Below are positions 1 through 8,114 of a stretch of 64,000 bases of DNA, piece after piece. Position 1 is the stretch's first letter, and every line of letters starts with the position of its first letter. The position numbers and the translations under genes were made by a program. The notes beneath the pieces were generated by a model, which was not told the origin of the DNA, searched no databases, and saw only the letters and a program-made list of their open reading frames with translations. The stretch comes from Dudresnaya verticillata (Eukaryota), in contig OZ374565.1 of NCBI GenBank assembly GCA_977862235.1, positions 2,480,001 through 2,544,000 on the forward strand, given 5' to 3'.

Positions 1-1174
1 CAGGGATGGTCGGCAGCGGTTCGGACTGGTCAAGCTCGTGGTCCGCGTCGGTTTGCGGTACGGACTGCGGGTGCTTGTCCTTCATGGACTGTATCACCGA
101 GTCTGTGGCTGGCGCGATTCCATCAGAGTCTAGAGCTGCTGCTGCCTTACTGTAGGCGCCCTCCTTTGCAAGGCGAAGGGCTCGTGAGGCATTGATACGG
201 CGTTGCTCTTCTGCGGAAGGCGCAGTCTGCTCACGGAATGTCGAGCCTTTCAAGGCCTGCTGCCATAGGGCGTCGTAATCCTTGAGTCCCCAGCGTCGGA
301 TTCGATCGCGGAAGGTGCCGATCGAGGACGCAGAGGTTGACGCGCTGGCCCTTGCACTCGCCGCGGGAGGATTGGACAAGACGGCTGCTGGAAAGAGCAG
401 GAATGCAGTGAGCTCTTTGGTGGCTTCCTGAGAGTTGGTTGCGTTCGTAAAAGCCCATACCGTCTTGGACAGTGCGTCGCGCACCTCGGCGCGGACGCGA
501 GACGGTATATGTGTGACCATAGGGATATGCGAGCGACAGATATCTTCGACCGGCGGCAGAAGCTGCCCTCCTGGACCCCGCGCAACGGGTGGGGTTTGCG
601 CAGTTGGTACCTCTCGAGTAGCAGGTACCGGTGCAGGAGGCGGCTCCTGGCTGTCCGGGATTCGTCGCGGGGCTGGCAGGATATCGTCCGCTGGCTCGCC
701 GTCCTCGGGTTGCGTCTCCGTGACCGCGACCAGAGCAGGAGTCTGTGATGGCGCGGCTACAGTTTCTTCACGGCTCGGTGTCGTCAATTGGTTGGACGGG
801 ACGTGGGAGAACGCCGGAGTGCGAGTGGCGGGACATGCGCTGCAATTCTTGTACCGCATACTGTACATGCCTTCACTGTTCATGCGGGAGCTACAGTGCG
901 TAGGCATGTACTTGTTGTGAGTCACACAGTACCATACTCCATAGTCCAGGAGCTGCTGCTTGAGAGACTCGATGTCGGTCCTCGTCGGTGGTCCTCGCCT
1001 GCCAGGAACATGCATCTTCCGCAGGTGCATGAGTAGCGCTTCTACAGTAGGCAGTGAGGACGACTGGCAGCCCAGAGGACAGCTGGTACTGTTTGTCGGG
1101 CGGTGTTTTGCCAAAGGCATAAAGCATGGAGAGAGCCATACCTTCGGCATGTCGGGGTGCTGCTGACCAATCAT
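1..1174 (-). CDS. N-terminal part of the retrotransposon polyprotein (partial; runs off window)
   Basis: ATG (cat at 1172-1174) and downstream sequence colinear with the 1162-aa ORF of the other copies. Confidence 0.85.
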   Translation of the reverse strand, partial: MIGQQHPDMPKVWLSPCFMPLAKHRPTNSTSCPLGCQSSSLPTVEALLMHLRKMHVPGRRGPPTRTDIESLKQQLLDYGVWYCVTHNKYMPTHCSSRMNSEGMYSMRYKNCSACPATRTPAFSHVPSNQLTTPSREETVAAPSQTPALVAVTETQPEDGEPADDILPAPRRIPDSQEPPPAPVPATREVPTAQTPPVARGPGGQLLPPVEDICRSHIPMVTHIPSRVRAEVRDALSKTVWAFTNATNSQEATKELTAFLLFPAAVLSNPPAASARASASTSASSIGTFRDRIRRWGLKDYDALWQQALKGSTFREQTAPSAEEQRRINASRALRLAKEGAYSKAAAALDSDGIAPATDSVIQSMKDKHPQSVPQTDADHELDQSEPLPTIP

Positions 1175-2224
1175 GGTTACAGCGCTGGGTAAGGTACCTG
1201 TAAAGGTCCTCTACAGTAGGTTCCCACGGGGCACAGACCTCCTAACCGGGACGCAAGCCTGTCGTCCGTCGTCAGTCTGTTCGGGACACCTCCAGAGGGT
1301 GCTACAGGTGGCCTTGCTGCGAGATGAAGGCCTCTTCGCAGCGTAGGGCGCGAGATCGCGCAATTTGCGCACGAGCTCGCGCAAAAGGGCGCGCGTGTTA
1401 GCGTTCGTGCGCGTAGACTTATCGGACGTTCCCTTCCCTGCCGCAGCTGAGAAGACTCTCTTCACTGCGGTCCTGTAACGCGCGGTACTTCTCGTTTGCA
1501 CAAGCTCTCAATGGGGTCGCAGAACCACCGTTTACCTGTGAGTGCCCGCAGGATTTTTGGCCTCCCCCGAAGGTTCGCTGGCAGGACGTTCGCTCGATCT
1601 TAGAAGGGGTGGTTTCAAAACAGGATCCACCAGGCTTAAGCCACGTTACCCCAACTTCGACGTTGCTTGGCACGTTTCTGCGATGAGCTTGTGGGTCACG
1701 AGCCGCCTACCACTCAAGGTCGAGGGTCTTTGGCGATTCCCACACTTGTAGGTCTCTCGGCACTTCCCGAAGGAAGATTTTACAGGACAAGCCTGGCCTT
1801 TACCAATCTGTCAGTTGAAGGGTGTGAAACCCCTCTGTCGACAGTCCACGGCAGCCTAGACAGAGTCTAGGCTGTGCCGGGTACAAGCAAAACGCGTACA
1901 GGGCCAGGGAAAGAAAGACAAGTCAGTGGGGCCCGGGCAAATTTCAAGGTGAGGGATCACCTTAAAAGTAAGCGCAAAATAGGAAACGCGTGACCGTCGG
2001 CGACGACGGCGGCGGCGACGGCGGCGACGACGACGGCGTCGCGGCGCAGATCGGCGGCGCGGAAAGAGACAAAAGTAGACCGCGCTCGCCCGCCCGCGAA
2101 GGTGAAGGGCTGAAAAACCCCGCACCGACGCGCCGTCGCGCGCTCGAACAGGCGGCACCGCCGCCGAAAAGATCGGTGCAGAACTTGTTGAGATATCCGC
2201 GAAACAAAAATTTCGGCAGATCGC
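1..2224 (-). mobile_element. 5S-targeting RLE-type non-LTR retrotransposon, copy 0 (5' half; cut by window edge)
   Basis: Near-identical to the 5' half of copy 1 (offset 4655); ends ...GGCAGATCGC, then TCAGT and the target duplication CTGAGGTGAG (2230-2239). Confidence 0.93.
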
Positions 2225-2340
2225 TCAGTCTGAGGTGAGTTCAACTTTATAACAGGTGACCATATTCTAATATTTGTCGACGTACAATCTACTGTAGTAT
2301 CACAACAAAGTTAAACCCCAACTCAAAACAACCTGCACAT

Positions 2341-5300
2341 CTACACCTCCTGTTGGATCCCTTCCATCAGGCACTTGACGTTGTTCTGCACCAGTCGCGC
2401 CGCGTGCCTGTGGAACAGAGCCGCTCGCGAAACACCGCGAGTTACCATGGCCCGAGAAGCCACGGTATCCGCCAACTCTTGCATATACTTGTGCGCCTCC
2501 GGGTGCCAGCCACCTAGTGTGGTCATCGGCACCGGCACAAGCCTTGCCCCCGGTCCGGCAGCCTGGATGAAGCCACGGTAAGTCCGCACCTTGTCAGCGT
2601 GGGCGTTCTTCAGCGTCCCTTGCGGGTTTGTTATGCAGCTGAGAATGCGTTGTTCTGACGACAGTGGATGACTGATTGTGACGTCCAGGTAGTCCGTTCC
2701 TCCTTCTGTTCCAAGCGCCTTGATGTCCGGCCGATCCAAGTGAGCCCCCACAGGGCGGGGCTCCACAATCGGGGTGCGTGTCGCACGTTTCAGATCCGAA
2801 GCCAGCAGACGAACCTGAGAGTCGTGGCGCCACGACCGAGGAGATCCGCTGTTCCGCATGCCGTTCGGACAAATCAGCAGATGGTCGCCGTGAACATCCA
2901 TCATCTTCTTGCACCCGGCCCGAGGACACTCCGTGTCGGGTTCCAGCAGTGGAATCCGACAGTAGAATCGAAGCCATACGCGGTAGTCCCGATCCGCAAT
3001 GTACGTCTTCATGCCTGGTGCCGGCTGGCACTTGAGCCAGTCCTTGGCGCCCGGCACGCCAAGGGAAGCTCGGAAAGCTTGCGTCCGCCTGTCCCCGAGC
3101 GGCAGCTCGGCTTGCACTTTCTTCAGAACCAACCGCGTCAAGTCCCGCTGGCGCGGGCACTCGTCGCTGTCGATCTTCTCCAGGTCCAGGGCATCCTCAC
3201 TATGGCACTTGGCGCTCCAGTCTTCGTGCGCTTCTACTGCAAAAGGATCGTCAGAAAGAGCAGTGTTCACAGAAGCGGGTAAGATAGAACGCAGTAAGTT
3301 GCGGGTCAGTGAAAGGGACGCCAAAAACGCGCTCGAGTTCATGTCGCCAGCTCCCGAAATACCGATTCCGAAGCTGGGCTCTTTCGTGCGCAGGGGAAGC
3401 TGAAGTTCGCGGAAGGTGTCCCTCGGTAGGACTCCTCCCACGAGCTTGCGCATGCAAGCCTCAATCTTCTGGTCGAAGAGCTCGGCGCCCTTTGCCGTGG
3501 CGGATGATGGAACTACTCGCAGCAGGTAGTTCAGCCGGCAGACTCCGGCACAGTTGCGGAGTAGAGTGATGGCCACGTGTAGGTCTTCTAGTCCCGAAAT
3601 TGCGTCCAGCAGGGGCTGGATGGACTCGACATGGCCATTCACGCTCTCCTCCATGTAGTTCTGCGTTCCAATCGGAGCCTGAAGTACTGTAGTGCCTTCT
3701 CCGTAGCTCTGCCCAAGATCCGACGGGTAGGCAGCGCAGTCTTCTGGGTCGGGTGCAGTAGGCCACCAAACAGTACACTTGTCCATGCGCAGGTGGAAGC
3801 CATAGCCCTTAGCTTCCTCGGAGTCAAAGAAGGACAGAACCTTCCTGAGTACGGCGTGTTTCGCCACGATGACGCCGTCGTCCAGGTAGAACAGTGACAG
3901 CAGCAAGTTGTTCGCCCCCTCCGCTTGCTGATTGCGGCCCGAGCGCCGCAGGTCGGCGGTGAGTTCCTTCAACTGTTTGATCAGTGCCTGCAGCACCAAA
4001 GCAAACAGTAACGGCCCGAGCGGGTCACCTTGCTGTACACCAGTGACACTCCGCAGTAGAGTGTCACCCATCCACAGGTGCGGGCCCTCAGAGTCATAAC
4101 AGTATCTGACCCACGGTAGTAGTTCAGGCATATGTCGGCGGACCTCCTTCATGAATGCTTTGCGGCTGACAAGGTTGAAGGCATTCTTCAAGTCCACTTG
4201 TAGCAACCCGTAGGACTTGTCATGGCCGTGAGACTTCTGCAGCTTCCGGACCGCGTGTACAATGGCTTCTGTGCCGCCCGAGGTTGCGACCCCGAGCTGA
4301 AGCGGTTCGAGGTATGCCTTGGCCTTGGGAGCGACTCTGGTCATGAGCATAGAGCTCACGAGTCGTCGGATTGTCTCTCCTACAGCAATGGGGCGGACAC
4401 CGCCGGTGCGCTTCTTCAGAGCCGTGAGAGGAGCGCTGGCAATCCAAGGCGACAGCTCCGCAGGTCCTGCGCCGCTGGCCAGCACGTTGACCATTTTGGT
4501 GAGCCCGCCAAGCAGGCCCGTGTGCTCGTGAGTGGTCGGGACTGAGAGCAGTTCCTGCAGATGGGTCGGTGATAGTCCTGTTCCCCCCGAGGCCGAAGCC
4601 CGGGGGAACTTGGCCACTGCTTTTCGTACTTCGTCGGCTGTGAAAGGCACGAAGTCAGGCATGGTCGGCAGCGGTTCGGACTGGTCAAGCTCGTGGTCCG
4701 CGTCGGTTTGCAGTACGGACTGCGGGTGCTTGTCCTTCATGGACTGTATCACAGAGTCTGTGGCTGGGGCGATTCCATCAGAGTCTAGAGCTGCTGCTGC
4801 CTTACTGTAGGCGCCCTCCTTTGCAAGGCGAAGGGCTCGTGAGGCATTGATACGGCGTTGCTCTTCTGCGGAAGGCGCAGTCTGCTCACGGAATGTCGAG
4901 CCCTTCAAGGCCTCCTGCCATAGGGCGTCGTAATCCTTGAGTCCCCAGCGTCGGATTCGATCGCGGAAGGTGCCGATCGAGGACGCAGAGGTTGACGCGC
5001 TGGCCCTTGCACTCGCGGCGGGAGGATTGGACAAGACGGCTGCTGGAAAAAGCAGGAATGCAGTGAGCTCTTTGGTGGCTTCCTGAGAGTTGGTTGCGTT
5101 CGTAAAAGCCCATACCGTCTTGGACAGTGCGTCGCGCACCTCGGCGCGGACGCGAGACGGTATATGTGTGACCATAGGGATATGCGAGCGACAGATGTCT
5201 TCGACCGCCGGCAGAAGCTGCCCTCCTGGACCCCGCGCAACGGGTGGGGTTTGCGCAGTTGGTACCTCTCGAGTAGCAGGTACCGGTGCAGGAGGCGGCT

Positions 5301-5829
5301 CCTGGCTGTCCGGGATTCGTCGCGGGGCTGGCAGGATATCGTCCGCTGGCTCGCCGTCCTCGGGTTGCGTCTCCGTGACCGCGTCCAGAGCAGGAGACTG
5401 TGATGGCGCGGCTACAGTTTCTTCACGGCTCGGTGTCGTCAATTGGTTGGACGGGACGTGGGAGAACGCCGGAGTGCGAGTAGCGGGACATGCGCTGCAA
5501 TTCTTGTACCGCATACTGTACATGCCTTCACTGTTCATGCGGGAGCTACAGTGGGTGGGCATGTACTTGTTGTGAGTCACACAGTACCATACTCCATAGT
5601 CCAGGAGCTGCTGCTTGAGAGGCTCGATGTCGGTCCTCGTCGGTGGTCCTCGCCTGCCAGGAACATGCATCTTCCGCAGGTGCATGAGTAGCGCTTCTAC
5701 AGTAGGCAGTGAGGACGACTGGCAGCCCAGAGGACAGCTGGTACTGTTTGTCGGGCGGTGTTTTGCCGAAGGCATAAAGCATGGAGAGAGCCATACCTTC
5801 GGCATGTCGGGGTGCTGCTGACCAATCAT
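2341..5829 (-). CDS. 1162-aa polyprotein: CCHH zinc finger, reverse transcriptase, CCHC knuckle, restriction-like endonuclease (CRE-clade-like)
   Basis: C32-x3-C-x13-H-x4-H; RT motifs GGVRPIAVGE, QLGV, VDLKNAFN, GVQQGDPLGPLLF, YLDDG; C-x4-C-x9-H-x3-C followed by RHD, RPD, DVT and a downstream K. Confidence 0.95.
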   Translation of the reverse strand: MIGQQHPDMPKVWLSPCFMPSAKHRPTNSTSCPLGCQSSSLPTVEALLMHLRKMHVPGRRGPPTRTDIEPLKQQLLDYGVWYCVTHNKYMPTHCSSRMNSEGMYSMRYKNCSACPATRTPAFSHVPSNQLTTPSREETVAAPSQSPALDAVTETQPEDGEPADDILPAPRRIPDSQEPPPAPVPATREVPTAQTPPVARGPGGQLLPAVEDICRSHIPMVTHIPSRVRAEVRDALSKTVWAFTNATNSQEATKELTAFLLFPAAVLSNPPAASARASASTSASSIGTFRDRIRRWGLKDYDALWQEALKGSTFREQTAPSAEEQRRINASRALRLAKEGAYSKAAAALDSDGIAPATDSVIQSMKDKHPQSVLQTDADHELDQSEPLPTMPDFVPFTADEVRKAVAKFPRASASGGTGLSPTHLQELLSVPTTHEHTGLLGGLTKMVNVLASGAGPAELSPWIASAPLTALKKRTGGVRPIAVGETIRRLVSSMLMTRVAPKAKAYLEPLQLGVATSGGTEAIVHAVRKLQKSHGHDKSYGLLQVDLKNAFNLVSRKAFMKEVRRHMPELLPWVRYCYDSEGPHLWMGDTLLRSVTGVQQGDPLGPLLFALVLQALIKQLKELTADLRRSGRNQQAEGANNLLLSLFYLDDGVIVAKHAVLRKVLSFFDSEEAKGYGFHLRMDKCTVWWPTAPDPEDCAAYPSDLGQSYGEGTTVLQAPIGTQNYMEESVNGHVESIQPLLDAISGLEDLHVAITLLRNCAGVCRLNYLLRVVPSSATAKGAELFDQKIEACMRKLVGGVLPRDTFRELQLPLRTKEPSFGIGISGAGDMNSSAFLASLSLTRNLLRSILPASVNTALSDDPFAVEAHEDWSAKCHSEDALDLEKIDSDECPRQRDLTRLVLKKVQAELPLGDRRTQAFRASLGVPGAKDWLKCQPAPGMKTYIADRDYRVWLRFYCRIPLLEPDTECPRAGCKKMMDVHGDHLLICPNGMRNSGSPRSWRHDSQVRLLASDLKRATRTPIVEPRPVGAHLDRPDIKALGTEGGTDYLDVTISHPLSSEQRILSCITNPQGTLKNAHADKVRTYRGFIQAAGPGARLVPVPMTTLGGWHPEAHKYMQELADTVASRAMVTRGVSRAALFHRHAARLVQNNVKCLMEGIQQEV

Positions 5830-6569
5830 GGTTACAGCGCTGGGTAAGGTACCTGTAAAGGTCCTCTACAGTAGGTTCCCACGGGGCACAGGCCTCCTAA
5901 CCGGGACGCAAGCCTGTCGTCCGTCGTCAGTCTGTTCGGGACACCTCCAGAGGGTGCTACAGGTGGCCTTGCTGCGAGATGAGGGCCTCTTCGCAGCGTA
6001 GGGCGCGAGATCGCGCACTTTGCGCACGAGCTCGCGCAAAAGGGCGCGCGTGTTAGCGTTCGTGCGCGCAGAGTTATCGGACGTTCCCTTCCCTGCCGCA
6101 GCTGAGAAGACTCTCTTCACTGCGGTCCTGTAACGCGCGGTACTTCTCGTTTGCACAAGCTCTCAATGGGGTCGCAGAACCACCGTTTACCTGTGAGTGC
6201 CCACAGGATTTTTGGCCTCCCCCGAAGGTTCGCTGGCAGGACGTTCGCTCGATCTTAGAAGGGGTGGTTTCAAAACAGGATCCACCAGGCTTAAGCCACG
6301 TTACCCCAACTTCGACGTTGCTTGGCACGTTTCTGCGATGAGCTTGTGGGTCACGAGCCGCCTACCACTCAAGGTCGAGGGTCTTTGGCGATTCCCACAC
6401 TTGTAGGTCTCTCGGCACTTCCCGAAGGAAGATTTTACAGGACAAGCCTGGCCTTTACCAATCTGTCAGTTGAAGGGTGTGAAACCCCTCTGTCGACAGT
6501 CCACGGCAGCCTAGACAGAGTCTAGGCTGTGCCGGGTACAAGCAAAACGCGTACAGGGCCAGGGAAAGA

Positions 6570-6615
6570 AAGATAAGTCAGTGGGGCCCGGGCAAATTTC
6601 AAGGTGAGGGATCAC
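6570..6615 (+). promoter_or_regulatory. 5S internal-control-region/target mimic in the element's 5' region (also 1915-1960, 12445-12490, 17129-17174, 21813-21858, 26469-26514, 31128-31173, 35793-35838, 43984-44029, 53436-53481, 58096-58141)
   Basis: AAGATAAGTC-N22-AGGTGAGGGATCAC, with the same blocks and spacing as 5S +51..+60 and +83..+96. Function is inferred. Confidence 0.6.
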
Positions 6616-6652
6616 CTTAAAAGTAAGCGCAAAATAGGAAACGCGTGACCGT

Positions 6653-6693
6653 CGGCGACGACGGCGGCGGCGACGGCGGCGACGACGACGGCG
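6653..6693 (+). repeat. Mixed (GGC/GAC)n trinucleotide tract in the element's 5' region (in every copy with an intact 5' end)
   Basis: CGGCGACGACGGCGGCGGCGACGGCGGCGACGACGACGGCG. Confidence 0.8.
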
Positions 6694-6905
6694 TCGCGGC
6701 GCAGATCGGCGGCGCGGAAAGAGACAAAAGTAGACCGCGCTCGCCCGCCCGCGAAGGTGAAGGGCTGAAAAACCCCGCACCGACGCGCCGTCGCGCGCTC
6801 GAACAGGCGGCACCGCCGCCGAAAAGATCGGTGCAGAACTTGTTGAGATATCCGCGAAACAAAAATTTCGGCAGATCGCTGAGGGAGTACTCAGTCTGAG
6901 GTGAG

Positions 6906-6936
6906 GGATCACTCTGGAATCGCCAGTGCCGAATGT
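6906..6936 (+). rRNA. 5S rRNA: 5S rRNA gene, 3' fragment (+90..+120), interrupted
   Basis: GGATCACTCTGGAATCGCCAGTGCCGAATGT; terminal GCCGAATGT pairs perfectly with 5' ACATTCGGC (helix I); followed by T-runs. Confidence 0.93.
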
Positions 6937-6948
6937 TTTTATTTTTTT
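6936..6948 (+). terminator. RNA polymerase III terminator of 5S (T5-A-T7); also 38477-38489 and 61822-61834
   Basis: TTTTTATTTTTTT immediately after the helix I 3' strand. Confidence 0.85.
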
Positions 6949-8025
6949 GCACCTCATTCCTTCCTCCCCGCCGCCCTCTGCGTACATTGCTGCCTTGCAT
7001 ACCTCTCCCACAGAATCCCCGACCCACTGCCTCTGTACAGCGTATTCTTTTCACTCGCACTTTTCCCCTTTTCTTGTAAGTGGGAGGGAGTCTGAGAGTG
7101 TTTGCAGGTGTCTAGGGGTTGTTTAGGGTTAGGTCTAGGGTTAGTTTGGTTACTGTGGTACGCGAGGGGCATGATATTGGGAGGGTAAAGGGTCTAGTGT
7201 TGGTGCATGGAATGAATCATGGTGGTGGAAGGAATGGATCAGTGTGGTGGATGAATTGGATTTAGGGACATAGAATTGGATTAGATTTAGTACCCAGAAG
7301 ATTGGATCAAGGATCACCACAATCGGATCAAGTCTGGTGGCTGGGGTGAGGGTGGCTTGGACGTTTGTGCTCATAACTTTGGAACGGCTGGGGCTAGGGA
7401 GCTGCTCAGTAGCTGAATCGAAGCGTCTCGTTGCTGCGCATTGCGTAGCGCTCTTACCCTCCTAAATCGACTTTTTGGCGCGTTTCTATGGTGCAAAACG
7501 TCCCCACGGGCCGTCGGCAGCTTTTGAGCAGATCAAATAGGGGTTTGGGGCATGTATGGTTATGGGTGGGTTTAGGGGTGTTAGGGATGTGTCATTTTAA
7601 CGCGTTTAGGAGTGTAGGGAGTGGGAATGAAAGTAGTAAGGATGAGGAAATGGAAAGGGAAGGATGAGAAAGTATAGTACAATGCAGTAATACAAATCAC
7701 GGAATGCATCAGGTTGGGATCCAATAAGGGTGGATGGATTGGATCAACGGAAGTCAAGGCGTTATAGGATTGGATCTAGGGGCTCTGTAAATTAGATTGG
7801 GTGCTGGTTTCATTGAACCAAGGGGTCAGAACGTCCATGAGCTGGTTGACTGTATTTATATTGAATCCTGCGTTTAGAGTAAATGGTATACGGTTATGGG
7901 TCATTACTTTAATGCTCCACGTGTACACTACAGTCGGATGGACATTGGACGCAGGAGTCTTTAGTCGATGACGGGGAGTGCAGTTGATGGCGCATTTAAA
8001 TAGGGGTACGGCGGGAACAGCAAGC
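6937..8025 (+). repeat. 5S rDNA intergenic spacer (1089 bp)
   Basis: Lies between a 5S 3' end and the next 5S 5' end; recurs apparently unchanged four times. Confidence 0.9.
7994..8001 (+). promoter_or_regulatory. TATA-like element at -32..-25 of 5S (also 39535-39542, 48987-48994, 62880-62887)
   Basis: ATTTAAAT in a GC-richer context, at the usual upstream position for 5S genes. Confidence 0.6.
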
Positions 8026-8114
8026 ACATTCGGCCATACTACGCAGACATGCTCCGTATCCCATCCCGAACTGCGAAGATAAGTCTCGTCAGGCTGGTTT
8101 AGTACTGAGGTGAG
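8026..8114 (+). rRNA. 5S rRNA: 5S rRNA gene, 5' fragment (+1..+89), interrupted; its 3' part lies at 38447-38477
   Basis: ACATTCGGCCATAC...ATCCCATCCCGAACTGCGAAGATAAG...TTAGTACTGAGGTGAG; conserved 5S motifs GGCCATAC, CCCATC-CGAAC, TAGTACT; 89+31 = 120 nt. Confidence 0.93.

Larger units (their letters stand above)
2240..6879 (-). mobile_element. Full-length non-LTR retrotransposon, copy 1 (4640 bp; ~1050-nt 5' region, 101-nt 3' UTR, no poly(A))
   Basis: Flanked by CTGAGGTGAG at 2230-2239 and 6896-6905; single RT+RLE ORF; abuts the 3' half of a 5S gene. Confidence 0.95.

Noticed and set aside
2375..5821. Many short overlapping and antisense ORFs inside the element
   Set aside because: Shadow frames of a GC-rich CDS, repeated only because the element is repeated.
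2341..5829. Bacterial RT system (group II intron, retron, DGR) or CRISPR-associated RT
   Set aside because: CCHH-RT-CCHC-RLE architecture, 5' truncations, target duplications and Pol III 5S context indicate a eukaryotic non-LTR element; there is no repeat-spacer array.
5695..5876. TCTACAGTAGG direct repeat giving PTVEDLYRYL (alternative frame) versus PTVEALLMHL, as a relic second zinc finger
   Set aside because: Only 11 bp, no proper ligand spacing, and the frame is closed by a nearby upstream stop.
5866..6156. 96-aa upstream ORF in frame with the main ORF, separated by one TAG (possible readthrough)
   Set aside because: GTG start, no recognisable motif, and frameshifted by a 2-bp deletion in copies 9 and 11 whose main ORFs are intact.
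6511..7060. Poly-Arg, Pro/Ser and Gly/Asp ORFs
   Set aside because: Translation by-products of the GGC/GAC tract; their starts change with each junction.
6896..8114. 1.2-kb unit as a non-autonomous partner element (MoTeR2-like) sharing the 3' end
   Set aside because: Its two ends are the halves of a 5S rRNA gene; the shared CTGAGGTGAG is the target duplication.
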